In this document: positions 28,498-39,769 of the stretch, in pieces
Position numbering within the stretch: the first letter of the stretch is position 1
How the letters are laid out: every line of letters starts with the position of its first letter
The notes under the pieces: generated by a model
Told to the model about the DNA's origin: nothing
Seen by the model: only the letters and a program-made list of their open reading frames with translations
Database searches by the model: none
Assembly: GCA_913775595.1 (NCBI GenBank)
Contig: CAJYLB010000001.1
Span: forward strand, 1 to 64,000
DNA: 64,000 bases
Reading direction: 5' to 3'
Origin: an uncultured Aquiluna sp.
GTDB taxonomy: Bacteria > Actinomycetota > Actinomycetes > Actinomycetales > Microbacteriaceae
Translations under genes and position numbers: made by a program

Positions 28498-29151
28498 ATG
28501 GCTGTAGAGACAAGAACAGTTACCGGACTGCTGGGCACCAAGCTGGGAATGACCCAGGCATGGGACGAGAACAACAAGCTCGTGCCGATCACAGTGGTCG
28601 AAGCTGGTGAAAACGTAATTACCCAAATCAAGACTTCAGAGACCGATGGCTACAACGCCATTCAGGTCGCCTATGGCGCAATCGATCCTCGCAAGACCGA
28701 CAAGCCATCCGCCGGACACTTTGAGAAGGCCGGCTCAACCCCTCGCCGTTTCCGTGCAGAGATCCGCACCGCTAATGCATCTGACTTTTCCGTCGGTCAG
28801 GCAATTGGTGTTGATGTCTTCACCCCAGGCAGCAAGGTTGACGTCGTTGGCACCTCGAAGGGTAAGGGCTTTGCAGGTGTTATGAAGCGCCACGGCTTTG
28901 CAGGCGTATCCGCATCGCACGGTGCTCACAAGAACCACCGCAAGCCAGGCTCCATCGGTGCCGGCACCACTCCAGGACGCGTCTTCAAGGGCCTCAAGAT
29001 GGCCGGCCGCATGGGCGGCGAGCGCGTCACCACACTAAACCTCACCCTCCACTCGGTCGACCTTGAAAAGGGTCTGCTGCTTATCAAGGGTGCCGTGCCA
29101 GGACCTAAGGGTCAGCTGGTGTTCGTTCGCAATGCGGTGAAGGAGAGCTAA
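28498..29151 (+). CDS. rplC: 50S ribosomal protein L3
   Basis: [21 protein letters not shown]. Confidence 0.98.
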   Translation: MAVETRTVTGLLGTKLGMTQAWDENNKLVPITVVEAGENVITQIKTSETDGYNAIQVAYGAIDPRKTDKPSAGHFEKAGSTPRRFRAEIRTANASDFSVGQAIGVDVFTPGSKVDVVGTSKGKGFAGVMKRHGFAGVSASHGAHKNHRKPGSIGAGTTPGRVFKGLKMAGRMGGERVTTLNLTLHSVDLEKGLLLIKGAVPGPKGQLVFVRNAVKES

Positions 29152-29798
29152 TGCCTACCGTTGACCTAATTGACGTAAAGGGCAAGAAGTCCGGCAGCGT
29201 AGACCTGCCTGAGGCCCTATTTGACGCAACCACAAACGTTCCACTTATCCACCAGGTAGTAGTTGCACAGCTTGCAGCCGCTCGCCAGGGAACCCAGTCC
29301 ACGCTTCGTCGTGGCGAGGTCTCCGGTACCGGTAAGAAGCCGTTCAAGCAGAAGGGAACCGGTCGCGCTCGTCAGGGCTCGATCCGTATGCCTCAGCACC
29401 GCGGTGGTGGAATTGTCCACGGTCCAAAGCCTCGTAGCTACGACCAGAGAACTCCTAAGAAGATGATCGTTGCCGCTCTCCGCGGTGCGCTTTCAGACCG
29501 CGCTCGCAACGGCAAGATTCACGTCATCGACCAGTTCGGTATCAAGGACACCCCATCAACCAAGGCAGCTGGAGCTTTCCTCAGCTCAATCTCGAGTGCA
29601 AACAACGTGCTTGTAGTTCTGCACCGTGATGACGAGGTCAGCTACCTGAGCCTGCGTAACCTTCCAGAGGTTCACGTGATCCCGGTTGACCAGCTAAATG
29701 CTTACGACGTTCTCCACGCGGAGGACATCGTGTTCACCTCAGCTGCTCTCGCAAGCTATGTCGAGTCAGCAGTTGCAAGCGAGGAGGTAAGCGCATGA
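29151..29798 (+). CDS. rplD: 50S ribosomal protein L4
   Basis: [15 protein letters not shown]. Confidence 0.98.
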   Translation: MPTVDLIDVKGKKSGSVDLPEALFDATTNVPLIHQVVVAQLAAARQGTQSTLRRGEVSGTGKKPFKQKGTGRARQGSIRMPQHRGGGIVHGPKPRSYDQRTPKKMIVAALRGALSDRARNGKIHVIDQFGIKDTPSTKAAGAFLSSISSANNVLVVLHRDDEVSYLSLRNLPEVHVIPVDQLNAYDVLHAEDIVFTSAALASYVESAVASEEVSA

Positions 29799-30094
29799 GC
29801 AACCTAAACAAGGACCCACGCGACGTGATTGTGAAGCCAATCATCTCTGAGAAGAGCTACGCACTAATCGACGAGGGTAAGTACACCTTCGAGGTTGACC
29901 CTCGCAGCAACAAGACTGAGATCAAGCAGGCTGTTGAGCAGATCTTCAACGTGAAGGTCGACACCATTAACACCCTCAACCGCCAAGGCAAGACCCGCCG
30001 CACCAGATTTGGCATGGGTAAGCGCAAGGACACCAAGCGTGCGATTGTGACCCTCAAGTCCGGTTCCATCGACATCTTCACCTACATCGGCTAA
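29795..30094 (+). CDS. rplW: 50S ribosomal protein L23
   Basis: [18 protein letters not shown]10 operon order. Confidence 0.97.
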   Translation: MSNLNKDPRDVIVKPIISEKSYALIDEGKYTFEVDPRSNKTEIKQAVEQIFNVKVDTINTLNRQGKTRRTRFGMGKRKDTKRAIVTLKSGSIDIFTYIG

Positions 30095-30106
30095 GGGGAA
30101 AAGACA

Positions 30107-30940
30107 ATGGCAATTCGCAAATACAAGCCAACGACTCCAGGTCGTCGCGGTTCTTCGGTTTCGGACTTCTCCGAGATCACCCGCTCGACACCTGAGAAGT
30201 CGCTACTGAAGCCACTGCCTAAGACCGGTGGCCGCAACTCCTCTGGCCGCATCACCACCCGCCACATCGGTGGTGGCCACAAGAGGCAGTACCGCGTCAT
30301 TGACTTCCGTCGCCATGACAAAGACGGCGTGCCAGCGAAGGTCGCTCACATCGAGTACGACCCGAACCGTACCGCACGCATCGCTTTGCTTCACTACATC
30401 GACGGCACCAAGCGCTACATCATCGCCCCGAACAAGCTCAAGCAGGGTGACGCTATCGAGCAGGGCCCAAAGGCTGACATCAAGCCAGGCAACAACCTGC
30501 CACTGCGTAACATCCCAGTGGGTACCGTTATCCACGCCATCGAGCTGAAGCCAGGCGGCGGCGCAAAGCTAGGCCGCAGCGCCGGTGCTGCCATCCGTCT
30601 GGTAGCTAAGGAGGGCAGCTGGGCTCAGCTTCGTCTCCCATCGGGCGAGATCCGCAACGTTGATGCAAATTGCCGCGCCACCATTGGTGAGGTCGGCAAT
30701 GCAGAGCAGTCCAACATCAACTGGGGTAAGGCTGGCCGCAAGCGCTGGAAGGGTGTTCGCCCAACCGTGCGTGGTGTCGCCATGAACCCGGTTGACCACC
30801 CACACGGTGGTGGTGAGGGTAAGACCTCCGGTGGTCGTAACCCTGTTACCCCATGGGGTCAGAAGGAAGGCCGTACGCGTAAGCCAAACCTTCCATCAGA
30901 CAAGCAAATCGTTCGTCGTCGTTACGTCGGCAAGAAGTAG
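30107..30940 (+). CDS. rplB: 50S ribosomal protein L2
   Basis: [17 protein letters not shown]. Confidence 0.99.
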   Translation: MAIRKYKPTTPGRRGSSVSDFSEITRSTPEKSLLKPLPKTGGRNSSGRITTRHIGGGHKRQYRVIDFRRHDKDGVPAKVAHIEYDPNRTARIALLHYIDGTKRYIIAPNKLKQGDAIEQGPKADIKPGNNLPLRNIPVGTVIHAIELKPGGGAKLGRSAGAAIRLVAKEGSWAQLRLPSGEIRNVDANCRATIGEVGNAEQSNINWGKAGRKRWKGVRPTVRGVAMNPVDHPHGGGEGKTSGGRNPVTPWGQKEGRTRKPNLPSDKQIVRRRYVGKK

Positions 30941-30949
30941 GAGAGCTAG

Positions 30950-31231
30950 ATGCCAAGAAGCCTAAAGAAGGGCCCCTTCGTCGACGAGCACCTGATGAAG
31001 AAGGTGCGCGTGCAGAACGAGGCCAACACCAAGAATGTGATCAAGACCTGGTCGCGCCGCTCGATGATCGTCCCAGCGATGCTCGGACACACCATCGCGG
31101 TTCACGACGGTCGCAAGCACATCCCAGTTTTCGTCACCGAGACCATGGTTGGTCACAAGCTCGGCGAATTCGCACCAACCAAGACCTTCCGTGGACACGT
31201 GAAGGACGACAAGAAGGGTCGTCGCGGCTAG
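30950..31231 (+). CDS. rpsS: 30S ribosomal protein S19
   Basis: [19 protein letters not shown]. Confidence 0.99.
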   Translation: MPRSLKKGPFVDEHLMKKVRVQNEANTKNVIKTWSRRSMIVPAMLGHTIAVHDGRKHIPVFVTETMVGHKLGEFAPTKTFRGHVKDDKKGRRG

Positions 31232-31258
31232 GGCCGGGGCGAATAAGAGAGGAAAAAG

Positions 31259-31630
31259 ATGGAAGCCATCGCTAAGGTGCGTAACATTCGCATCACCCCT
31301 CAGAAGGCTCGTCGCGTCGTCAACCTGATCCGCGGTAAGCAGGCCAACGAGGCTCTGGGTCTATTGAAGTTCCAGCCACAGGCTGCTTCAGAGCCCATCT
31401 ACAAGGTTGTTGCTTCGGCGGTTGCCAACGCAAAGGTAAAGGGCGAAAGCTCGGGAGCCATTGTGGACGAGGACGACCTAGTTATTTCACAGGCATACGT
31501 TGACGAGGGTGTGACCCTAAAGCGCTTTAGACCACGCGCTCAGGGACGTGCATTCCGCATCAACAAGCGCACCAGCCACATCACCGTTGTGGTTGCAACC
31601 CCAGACGAGCTTAGAAAGGCAGGCAAGTAA
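31259..31630 (+). CDS. rplV: 50S ribosomal protein L22
   Basis: [18 protein letters not shown]. Confidence 0.98.
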   Translation: MEAIAKVRNIRITPQKARRVVNLIRGKQANEALGLLKFQPQAASEPIYKVVASAVANAKVKGESSGAIVDEDDLVISQAYVDEGVTLKRFRPRAQGRAFRINKRTSHITVVVATPDELRKAGK

Positions 31631-32373
31631 TGGGTCAGAAAGTAAACCCCTACGGCTTCCGCCTAGGCATCACCACCGACCACCGTTCGCGCTGGTTCGC
31701 AGACTCCACTAAGAAGGGTCAGCGCTACAGCGACTACGTGGTTGAGGACGTCAAGGTTCGCAACTACCTCCAGGAGAAGCTAGACCGCGCAGGCATTGCC
31801 AAGATCGAGCTTGAGAGAACCCGCGACCGTATTCGCGTTGACATCTTTGCCGCTCGCCCAGGATTGGTCATTGGCCGTCGTGGTGCCGAGGCAGAGACTC
31901 TTCGCACCGAGCTTGAGAAGCTCACCGGTAAGCAGGTTCTTCTAAACATCCTTGAGGTGAAGAACCCAGAGGCTGACGCTCAGCTTGTTGCTCAGGGCAT
32001 CGCAGAGCAGCTCTCTGCTCGTGTTGCCTTCCGTCGTGCAATGCGCAAGGGCATCCAGGGTGCACTTCGCTCAGGCGCTAAGGGCATCAGGGTTCAGTGT
32101 GCTGGACGTCTCGGCGGTGCCGAAATGTCTAGAAGTGAGTTCTACCGCGAGGGTCGTGTGCCACTGCACACTCTTCGCTCAAACATCGACTACGGCTTCT
32201 ACGAGGCCAAGACCACCTTTGGTCGCATCGGTGTGAAGGTATGGATCTACAAGGGTGACCTAACCGCCAAGGAGCTTGCTGCTCAGCAGGCTAACCAGCG
32301 CGGACCTCGTCAGGGCGGTGGCCGCCGAGGCCCACGTCAGGAAGCTGCCGTAGCAGCAGGAAGTGAGAGCTAA
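31630..32373 (+). CDS. rpsC: 30S ribosomal protein S3
   Basis: [21 protein letters not shown]. Confidence 0.99.
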   Translation: MGQKVNPYGFRLGITTDHRSRWFADSTKKGQRYSDYVVEDVKVRNYLQEKLDRAGIAKIELERTRDRIRVDIFAARPGLVIGRRGAEAETLRTELEKLTGKQVLLNILEVKNPEADAQLVAQGIAEQLSARVAFRRAMRKGIQGALRSGAKGIRVQCAGRLGGAEMSRSEFYREGRVPLHTLRSNIDYGFYEAKTTFGRIGVKVWIYKGDLTAKELAAQQANQRGPRQGGGRRGPRQEAAVAAGSES

Positions 32374-32375
32374 GA

Positions 32376-32795
32376 ATGCTTATTCCTCGTAAGGTCAAGC
32401 ACCGTAAGCAGCACAGCCCAAAGCGCGGCGGTCACGCTACCGGTGGTACCAAGGTTCACTTCGGTGAGTACGGCATCCAGGCACTAACCAGCGCCTACCT
32501 GACCAACCGTCAGATTGAGGCTGCTCGTATCGCCATGACCCGTCACATCAAGCGTGGTGGAAAGGTGTGGATCAACGTCTTCCCAGACCGCTCGCTAACC
32601 AAGAAGCCAGCCGAAACTCGTATGGGTAGCGGTAAGGGTTCACCAGAGTGGTGGGTAGTAAACGTCAAGCCAGGTCGCGTGCTCTTTGAGCTATCTGGTG
32701 TTTCCGAGACCGTGGCCAGAGAGGCCATGACCCGTGCGATCCACAAGCTGCCGCTCAAGGCTCGCATCATCAAGCGTGAAGAAGGTGACGCATAA
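32376..32795 (+). CDS. rplP: 50S ribosomal protein L16
   Basis: [10 protein letters not shown]. Confidence 0.99.
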   Translation: MLIPRKVKHRKQHSPKRGGHATGGTKVHFGEYGIQALTSAYLTNRQIEAARIAMTRHIKRGGKVWINVFPDRSLTKKPAETRMGSGKGSPEWWVVNVKPGRVLFELSGVSETVAREAMTRAIHKLPLKARIIKREEGDA

Positions 32796-33082
32796 TGATC
32801 GGTTCAAAGAACCTGAGCCCACAGGATCTCGACAAGATCGAGGACTCCCTGCTGGCTGAAGAACTACGCAAGGCGAAGGAAGAGCTGTTTAACCTGCGCT
32901 TCCAGTCCGCTACCGGTCAGCTTGACAACCACGGTCGTCTGAAGGCCGTCAAGCGCGACATCGCCCGCATCTACACAGTCCTGCGCGAGCGCGAGCTCGG
33001 TATTCGTGCCGTCCCAACTCCGCAGCCTGCCAAGACCACCACGAAGAAGAAGGCTGCTGAGAAGCCAGCCGAGGAGGCATAG
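32795..33082 (+). CDS. rpmC: 50S ribosomal protein L29 with short C-terminal tail
   Basis: [17 protein letters not shown]. Confidence 0.96.
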   Translation: MIGSKNLSPQDLDKIEDSLLAEELRKAKEELFNLRFQSATGQLDNHGRLKAVKRDIARIYTVLRERELGIRAVPTPQPAKTTTKKKAAEKPAEEA

Positions 33083-33084
33083 AC

Positions 33085-33492
33085 GTGGCCGAAGAGAAGA
33101 AGACCGCAGCCAAGAAGCCAGCAGCTAAGCCTGCAGCGAAGGCCGCCGCAAAGCCTGCTACCAAGGCAGCTGCAAAGCCTGCGGCTAAGCCAGCTAGCAA
33201 GCCAAAGACCCCGAAGGCTCCTAAGGAGATCAAAGAGGTCAACCGTGGCTACCGCAAGGCACGTCGTGGCTATGTAGTTTCGGACAAGATGGATAAGACC
33301 ATCGTTGTCCTCGTCGAGGAGCGCAAGAAGCACCCTCTTTACGGCAAGGTCATGCGCCTTTCCAAGAAGATCAAGGCTCACGACGAGCAGAACACTGCCG
33401 GCATTGGTGACCTCGTTCTAATCAACGAGACCCGTCCGCTGTCAGCAACCAAGAACTGGCGTCTAGTCGAGATTCTCGAAAAGGCGAAGTAA
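33085..33492 (+). CDS. rpsQ: 30S ribosomal protein S17 with N-terminal Ala/Lys/Pro extension
   Basis: [27 protein letters not shown]. Confidence 0.97.
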   Translation: MAEEKKTAAKKPAAKPAAKAAAKPATKAAAKPAAKPASKPKTPKAPKEIKEVNRGYRKARRGYVVSDKMDKTIVVLVEERKKHPLYGKVMRLSKKIKAHDEQNTAGIGDLVLINETRPLSATKNWRLVEILEKAK

Positions 33493-33545
33493 CCCCCCGC
33501 GAATAACGGTCGGTAATCGTTATTCACTAAGCAAGGAGAACACAA

Positions 33546-33914
33546 GTGATTCAGCAAGAATCAAGGGTGAAGGTAGCCGATAACTCCGGCGCCAAGGAGC
33601 TTCTCGCGATTCGCGTGCTCGGCGGTTCAACCCGTCGCTACGCAGGATTGGGAGATGTCATCGTGGCATCGGTAAAGGACGCCATCCCAGGCGGAAACGT
33701 CAAGAAGGGCGAGGTCGTCAAGGCCGTAATCGTCCGCACCGTAAAGGAGACCCGTCGGGCCGACGGCTCCTACATCAAGTTTGACGAGAACGCAGCCGTC
33801 ATCATCAAGGCTGATGGCGAGCCTCGCGGTACTCGTATCTTCGGCCCCATCGGTAGAGAGCTTCGTGACAAGAGGTTCATGAAGATCATTTCGCTAGCTC
33901 CGGAGGTGCTGTAA
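33546..33914 (+). CDS. rplN: 50S ribosomal protein L14
   Basis: [15 protein letters not shown]. Confidence 0.99.
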   Translation: MIQQESRVKVADNSGAKELLAIRVLGGSTRRYAGLGDVIVASVKDAIPGGNVKKGEVVKAVIVRTVKETRRADGSYIKFDENAAVIIKADGEPRGTRIFGPIGRELRDKRFMKIISLAPEVL

Positions 33915-34258
33915 TGAAGATCAAGAAGGGCGATCTAGTTCAGGTAATCTCGGGCGGCAGCGAGGCTCGAGGTGGGGACAAGGGCAAGCAGGGCCACGTG
34001 CTCGCTGTCCACAAGGAGACCAACCGCGTAATCGTGGAGGGTGTAAACCTAGTCACCAAGCACACCCGCGAGGGACAGAGTGACCGTGGAGCCAAGACCG
34101 GTGGCATCATCACCCAGGAGGCCCCAATCCACGTCTCAAACGTTGCTTTGGTTGACCCAAAGAGCAAGAAGCCAACCAAGGCCGGTTTCAAGATTGAGAC
34201 CACCAAGGACGGCACCAAGAAGACTCGTATTTCACGCAAGAGTGGGGAGGCAATCTAA
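33914..34258 (+). CDS. rplX: 50S ribosomal protein L24
   Basis: [16 protein letters not shown]. Confidence 0.98.
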   Translation: MKIKKGDLVQVISGGSEARGGDKGKQGHVLAVHKETNRVIVEGVNLVTKHTREGQSDRGAKTGGIITQEAPIHVSNVALVDPKSKKPTKAGFKIETTKDGTKKTRISRKSGEAI

Positions 34259-34830
34259 TGGCAACCGCTACTAAGAAGGCAGACGCCAAGGCACTTCCTC
34301 GCCTAAAGGCTGAATACCGCAAGGAGATTGCTCCTGCTCTGCAGAAGGAATTTGGCTTTGCAAACCCAATGCAGGTTCCCGGTCTAACCAAGATTGTCGT
34401 GAACATGGGTGTTGGCCAGGCCGCGAAGGAGAGCAAGCTCATCGAGGGTGCTATCCGCGACCTAACCGCCATCACCGGTCAGAAGCCTCAGGTAAACCTG
34501 GCTAGAAAGTCCATCGCTCAGTTCAAGCTGCGTGAGGGACAGGCAATTGGTGCCCACGTGACAATTCGTGGCGACAGGATGTGGGAGTTCCTAGACAGGC
34601 TCCTGAACCTGGCACTGCCTCGTATCCGCGACTTCCGTGGTCTATCGGCTAAGCAGTTCGATGGTCACGGCAACTACACCTTCGGTCTTTCGGAGCAGTC
34701 CATGTTCCACGAGATCGATCAGGACTCTATTGATAGCGTCCGCGGCATGGACATCACCGTGGTGACCACTGCTAAGAACGACGACGAGGGTAGGGCGCTG
34801 CTTAAAGCGCTCGGCTTCCCGTTCAAATAA
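34258..34830 (+). CDS. rplE: 50S ribosomal protein L5
   Basis: [16 protein letters not shown]. Confidence 0.99.
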   Translation: MATATKKADAKALPRLKAEYRKEIAPALQKEFGFANPMQVPGLTKIVVNMGVGQAAKESKLIEGAIRDLTAITGQKPQVNLARKSIAQFKLREGQAIGAHVTIRGDRMWEFLDRLLNLALPRIRDFRGLSAKQFDGHGNYTFGLSEQSMFHEIDQDSIDSVRGMDITVVTTAKNDDEGRALLKALGFPFK

Positions 34831-34842
34831 ACCGATTGAAGT

Positions 34843-34876
34843 AGGTCCGAGGGGCTTGTAAAGCGCCTTAGAAACC
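34843..34876 (+). promoter_or_regulatory. Putative S8-binding autoregulatory hairpin (16S helix 21 mimic) upstream of rpsH
   Basis: AGGTC...GAAACC closing a stem-loop; maps onto 16S positions 595-599/639-644. Confidence 0.6.
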
Positions 34877-34897
34877 GCCTCGAGAAAGAAGACACAA

Positions 34898-35296
34898 ATG
34901 ACAATGACAGATCCGGTGGCAGACTTTCTGACCCGGCTGCGCAACGCGAGCAAGGCTCACCACGAGTCGCTCAGCGTCCCCTACTCAAAGCTGAAGGGCA
35001 CCATCGCCGACATCTTGAAGGCCGAGGGCTACATCGATTCCTACAAGGTCGAGGATGCCAAGGTTGGAAAGAGCCTGGTTGTGAACCTGAAGTACGGCGC
35101 AAACCGCGAGGCCAGCATCGCTGGCATCAAGCGTGTTTCAAAGCCAGGACTGCGTGTTTACGCCAAGAGCACCGAGCTACCTCGCGTTCTCGGAGGACTT
35201 GGTATCGCAATCCTCTCAACCTCCAGCGGTCTGCTAACCGACCGCCAGGCAGCCAAGAAGGGAGTAGGTGGGGAAGTCCTCGCCTACGTCTGGTAA
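34898..35296 (+). CDS. rpsH: 30S ribosomal protein S8
   Basis: [20 protein letters not shown]. Confidence 0.99.
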   Translation: MTMTDPVADFLTRLRNASKAHHESLSVPYSKLKGTIADILKAEGYIDSYKVEDAKVGKSLVVNLKYGANREASIAGIKRVSKPGLRVYAKSTELPRVLGGLGIAILSTSSGLLTDRQAAKKGVGGEVLAYVW

Positions 35297-35302
35297 GCGC
35301 AC

Positions 35303-35839
35303 ATGTCAAGAATTGGAAAGCTTCCTATCGCACTACCCCAGGGCGTAACCGCTGAGGTTGCAGGCCAGGATGTGAAGGTGAAGGGCCCTAAGGGCGAGCT
35401 GAACCTGACCATCTCGGAGCCAATCAAGGTAACCCTGGAGGACAACTCAATTTTGGTTTCCAGGCCAGACGACGAGGCAACTAGCAAGTCGCTTCACGGT
35501 CTGTCCAGGACCCTAATTGCCAACAACGTTCAAGGCGTTTCCGAGGGCTTCTCGAAGTCACTCGAGATCGTCGGCACCGGTTACCGCGCTGCTTCCAAGG
35601 GCTCCAACGTGGAGTTGGCCCTGGGTCTTAGCCACCCGGTTGTTGTCACCCCACCAGATGGCGTGACATTGACGGTTGAGGGCAACAACAAGATCATCGT
35701 CTCCGGTATCTCAAAGCAGGCCGTGGGCGAGGTCGCAGCAAACATTCGTAAGCTCCGTAAGCCTGAGCCATACAAGGGCAAGGGAATTCGCTACGAGGGC
35801 GAGAGAGTCCGTCGCAAGGCTGGAAAGGCTGGTAAGTAG
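35303..35839 (+). CDS. rplF: 50S ribosomal protein L6
   Basis: [19 protein letters not shown]. Confidence 0.99.
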   Translation: MSRIGKLPIALPQGVTAEVAGQDVKVKGPKGELNLTISEPIKVTLEDNSILVSRPDDEATSKSLHGLSRTLIANNVQGVSEGFSKSLEIVGTGYRAASKGSNVELALGLSHPVVVTPPDGVTLTVEGNNKIIVSGISKQAVGEVAANIRKLRKPEPYKGKGIRYEGERVRRKAGKAGK

Positions 35840-35841
35840 AA

Positions 35842-36201
35842 ATGGCAACTAAGTCAAACTCAGCAGCGCGGACCCGTCGTCACGCCCGCCTGCGCAAGAA
35901 GATCGAGGGTACTGCCGCGCGTCCGCGCCTGGTGGTTACCCGTTCCGCTCGCCACGTGTTCGTTCAGGTGGTTGATGACGCGAAGGGCCACACCCTTGCA
36001 AGCGCCTCAACCATGGAAGACGACATGCGCAAGGCGACTGGAAACAAGACCGACAAGGCCACCCAGGTTGGCAAGTTGATCGCCGAGAGGGCCAAGAAGG
36101 CTGGCGTCTCGGAGGTTGTCTTTGACCGTGGTGGTAACCGTTACGCAGGTCGTGTTGCAGCAATCGCTGAGGCAGCCCGCGAGGGAGGACTGAAACTGTG
36201 A
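35842..36201 (+). CDS. rplR: 50S ribosomal protein L18
   Basis: VVFDRGG..Y.GRV, AREGGL. Confidence 0.98.
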   Translation: MATKSNSAARTRRHARLRKKIEGTAARPRLVVTRSARHVFVQVVDDAKGHTLASASTMEDDMRKATGNKTDKATQVGKLIAERAKKAGVSEVVFDRGGNRYAGRVAAIAEAAREGGLKL

Positions 36202-36890
36202 GCGAAGAGAAGAAGGACGAGCAAGTGGTAGAAGCTACCGAAGCTACAGCCGAGACTCAGGCTCCTGGTCAGCCTCCGGTTGACCCGAACGAGCGCGAGC
36301 AGCGTCGTGGTTCCCGCGAGCGTGGCCCACGCACCGAACAGCGCCGTGAGCGCGAGGACAAGTCCAGCCCATTCTTGGAGCGTGTTGTAACAATCAACCG
36401 CGTTTCCAAGGTGGTCAAGGGTGGACGCCGCTTCGCCTTCACCGCACTTGTAGTTGTCGGAGACGGCGACGGCATGGTCGGTGTTGGCTACGGCAAGGCA
36501 AAGGAAGTTCCAGCGGCCATTGCAAAGGGAGTTGAAGAGGCCAAGAAGAGCTTCTTCCGCGTCCCACGCATCGGCTCGACCATCCCACACCCAGTACAGG
36601 GTGAGGCTGCTGCAGGAGTTGTACTACTTCGCCCAGCCGCCGAGGGAACCGGTGTAATCGCCGGAGGTCCTGTTCGTGCTGTTTTGGAGTGTGCAGGAGT
36701 CCACGACGTGCTTTCCAAGTCACTCGGATCTTCAAACACCATCAACATTGTTCACGCCACAGTTGAGGCGCTCCGCCTTCTGGAGGAGCCAAGCGCAGTT
36801 GCAACCCGTCGCGGCAAGACCGTCGCCGAGGTAGCACCAGCGCGTCTTCGTGGCGAGAAGAAAGAGACTGAGAAGGCAGGTGCTAAGTAA
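36198..36890 (+). CDS. rpsE: 30S ribosomal protein S5
   Basis: [20 protein letters not shown]. Confidence 0.98.
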   Translation: MSEEKKDEQVVEATEATAETQAPGQPPVDPNEREQRRGSRERGPRTEQRREREDKSSPFLERVVTINRVSKVVKGGRRFAFTALVVVGDGDGMVGVGYGKAKEVPAAIAKGVEEAKKSFFRVPRIGSTIPHPVQGEAAAGVVLLRPAAEGTGVIAGGPVRAVLECAGVHDVLSKSLGSSNTINIVHATVEALRLLEEPSAVATRRGKTVAEVAPARLRGEKKETEKAGAK

Positions 36891-37076
36891 ATGGCGGCTC
36901 GTCTGAAAGTAACCCAAGTAAAGAGTTCCAACGGTGGCAAGCAGAACCAGCGCGATTCACTTCGCACGCTCGGTCTCAAGCGCATCGGTGACATCGTCGT
37001 GCGCGAGGACAACAAGAGCGTGCGCGGCCTAGTCCAGACCGTTGCCCACCTCGTAAAAGTTGAGGAGATCGACTAA
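36891..37076 (+). CDS. rpmD: 50S ribosomal protein L30
   Basis: [10 protein letters not shown]; lies between rpsE and rplO. Confidence 0.96.
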   Translation: MAARLKVTQVKSSNGGKQNQRDSLRTLGLKRIGDIVVREDNKSVRGLVQTVAHLVKVEEID

Positions 37077-37852
37077 TGGCTGAAGAGAAGAAGCCAGCCG
37101 CTAAGAAGCCAGCTGCCAAGCCGGCCGCAAAGGCTGCACCTAAGGCTGCTGCCAAGCCAGCTGCCAAGGCTGCCGCTAAGCCAGCTGCAAAGCCAGCTGC
37201 TAAGGCCGCACCTAAGGCTGCACCTAAGGCTGCACCTAAGGCTGCTGCGAAGCCTGCAGCAAAGGCTGCACCCAAGGCTGCCGCAAAGCCTGCTGCTAAG
37301 GCCCCTGCGAAGCCTGCAGCAAAGCCTGCTGCCAAGCCAGCCGCTGAGAAGGCTGCTGCCAAGCCTGCAGCAAAGCCTGCTGCCAAGAAAGCAAGTGAGC
37401 CTAAGGAGAAGTCACAGATCCTGCGTCTTCACCACCTCCGTCCTGCACCCGGTGCGAAGAAGGACAAGACTCGTAAGGGTCGCGGTGAGGGTTCAAAGGG
37501 TAAGACCGCAGGTCGTGGTACCAAGGGAACCGGTGCTCGCACCACAACCCGTCTCGGCTTTGAGGGTGGTGGCGTGAACCTAGTCATGCGCACTCCTAAG
37601 CTGCGTGGATTCAAGAACCCTTTCAGGGTCGAGTACCAGGTAGTGAACCTGGACAAGCTCGGCCAGCTGTATCCAAAGGGCGGTAAGGTCACAATCGATG
37701 ACCTGGTAGCCAAGGGTGCAGTTCGCAAGGGTGAGCCTGTGAAGGTCCTTGGTAACGGTGACGTCTCGGTTAAGCTAGAGGTCGCTGTCGACAAGGTGTC
37801 CGAGTCGGCTAAGACGAAGATTGAGGCTGCCGGAGGCAGCGTCAACGCCTAG
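37076..37852 (+). CDS. rplO: 50S ribosomal protein L15 with ~110-aa N-terminal Ala/Lys/Pro repeat
   Basis: [22 protein letters not shown] after KPAA/KAAP repeats. Confidence 0.97.
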   Translation: MAEEKKPAAKKPAAKPAAKAAPKAAAKPAAKAAAKPAAKPAAKAAPKAAPKAAPKAAAKPAAKAAPKAAAKPAAKAPAKPAAKPAAKPAAEKAAAKPAAKPAAKKASEPKEKSQILRLHHLRPAPGAKKDKTRKGRGEGSKGKTAGRGTKGTGARTTTRLGFEGGGVNLVMRTPKLRGFKNPFRVEYQVVNLDKLGQLYPKGGKVTIDDLVAKGAVRKGEPVKVLGNGDVSVKLEVAVDKVSESAKTKIEAAGGSVNA

Positions 37853-37874
37853 TCAAACCTAGGGGAGGTAACAG

Positions 37875-39191
37875 GTGATTCAAGCCATAGTTCGCGCATT
37901 CCGCACGCCGGACCTGCGCAACAAGCTTGCGTTTACGCTGGGCATGATTGCGGTATTCCGTTTGGGATCCTTCATTCCCTCGCCGAATGTTGACTACACA
38001 AACGTTCAGCAGTGTCTTGCGCAGTCTCAGAGCACCTCTGGTCTCTATGAGCTTGTAAACCTGTTCTCCGGTGGGGCATTGCTCCAGCTCTCGATCTTCG
38101 CGCTGGGCATCATGCCGTACATCACGGCATCGATCATCACCCAGCTGCTCAGGGTTGTAATTCCTAGGTTCGAGGCACTGCACAAGGAGGGCCCATCGGG
38201 TCAGTCCAAGCTAACGCAGTACACCCGTTACCTGACCATCGCCCTAGCACTGCTGCAGTCGACCACCTTGATAACCGTTGCCAGACAGGGAGCGTTGTTT
38301 GGTGCTGACTGTACGCTGCCGATCCTGGTAGACACCGGGCCGCTATCGATCACTCTGATGGTCATCACCATGACCGCTGGAACGGGTCTGATTATGTGGA
38401 TTGGTGAGCTAATCACCGAGCGTGGCGTAGGTAATGGAATGTCGCTGCTTATTTTCACCTCGATTGCATCTACCTTCCCGGCTAGCCTGCTGCAGATCCT
38501 GCAGACCAGGACCATCGAAATCTTCGTCATCGTGATGGCGGTTGGATTCTTGATTGTTGGGCTCGTAGTTTTGGTCGAAGAATCGCAGCGCAGGATTCCA
38601 GTGCAGTACGCAAAGCGCATGGTTGGCCGCAAGGCTTATGGTGGTCAGTCCACCTACATCCCAGTGAAGGTGAACACCGCGGGAGTTATCCCGGTAATCT
38701 TCGCCTCGTCGATGCTCTACCTGCCCGCCTTGCTTGCTCAGTTCAACCAGCCCGACCCAACCACGGGTCAGGTTGCTGGCTGGGTTACCTTCATCTCTAC
38801 GTATTTGACCGCAGGTGACAACCCGCTCTACATGGCTGTCTACTTTGCGCTCATTGTCGGATTCACCTACTTCTATGTCGCCATCACCTTGAACCCCGAG
38901 GAGATCAGCGACAACATGAAGCGCTACGGCGGCTTTATCCCTGGAATCAGGGCTGGCCGTCCAACCACCGAGTACCTGCAGTACGTCATCAGCCGCATCA
39001 CCGCTCCAGGTGCTATCTACCTGGGTCTGATTGCACTGATTCCACTCGTGGCCTTCACGGCAATTGGAACCAACCAGAACTTCCCATTCGGTGGAACTTC
39101 GATTCTGATCATTGTGGGTGTTGGACTGCAGACTGTGAAGCAGATCAACGCTCAGATGGAGCAGCGTAACTACGAGGGTCTTCTGAAGTGA
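37875..39191 (+). CDS. secY: Preprotein translocase subunit SecY
   Basis: SIFALGIMPYITASII, GIRAG, FGGTSILI. Confidence 0.99.
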   Translation: MIQAIVRAFRTPDLRNKLAFTLGMIAVFRLGSFIPSPNVDYTNVQQCLAQSQSTSGLYELVNLFSGGALLQLSIFALGIMPYITASIITQLLRVVIPRFEALHKEGPSGQSKLTQYTRYLTIALALLQSTTLITVARQGALFGADCTLPILVDTGPLSITLMVITMTAGTGLIMWIGELITERGVGNGMSLLIFTSIASTFPASLLQILQTRTIEIFVIVMAVGFLIVGLVVLVEESQRRIPVQYAKRMVGRKAYGGQSTYIPVKVNTAGVIPVIFASSMLYLPALLAQFNQPDPTTGQVAGWVTFISTYLTAGDNPLYMAVYFALIVGFTYFYVAITLNPEEISDNMKRYGGFIPGIRAGRPTTEYLQYVISRITAPGAIYLGLIALIPLVAFTAIGTNQNFPFGGTSILIIVGVGLQTVKQINAQMEQRNYEGLLK

Positions 39192-39769
39192 TCCGCATAC
39201 TCTTGATCGGCCCTCCGGGAGCTGGCAAGGGAACCCAGGCAGCACTGCTGGCAAAGCACTTCGGGATCCCCGCCATTTCTACCGGAGACATCTTCCGTGA
39301 GAATGTTCGCAACGAGACGCCTCTGGGTCTCGAGGCGAAAGCCTTTATGGACCGCGGGGAGTATGTCCCGGATTCTCTAACTAATGCTTTGGTGCGTGAC
39401 CGCCTCAACCAGCCCGATGCCGTGGATGGGTTCTTGCTAGATGGCTACCCAAGAACAATCGATCAGGTTGAAGAGCTTGACGACATCTTGGATGAAAGCG
39501 ACAAGAAGCTTGACGTTGTTGTGCAGCTCACCGCGGACTCGGACGAGCTACTTAGGAGACTCTCGGGTCGTGCTGAGGAACAAGGTCGCAGCGATGACAC
39601 CCCTGAGGTAATCAAGAGAAGGCTTAGCGTTTACGAGGAGCAGACTGCTCCCCTGATCGATGTCTACGCAGCGCGGTCGCTTGTCGCCAAGGTAAACGGC
39701 CTCGGAGACATTGCTGGTGTGACGACCAGGATCATTGAGGTCTTGGACGCCCGCGGCTTAGTTTCCTAA
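39188..39769 (+). CDS. adk: Adenylate kinase (short form)
   Basis: GPPGAGKGTQ, GFLLDGYPR. Confidence 0.98.
   Translation: MIRILLIGPPGAGKGTQAALLAKHFGIPAISTGDIFRENVRNETPLGLEAKAFMDRGEYVPDSLTNALVRDRLNQPDAVDGFLLDGYPRTIDQVEELDDILDESDKKLDVVVQLTADSDELLRRLSGRAEEQGRSDDTPEVIKRRLSVYEEQTAPLIDVYAARSLVAKVNGLGDIAGVTTRIIEVLDARGLVS

Noticed and set aside
38409..39254. Long antisense ORFs (281 aa here, also 43400..44167 and 28029..28631)
   Set aside because: Shadows of codon-biased core genes with no recognisable motifs
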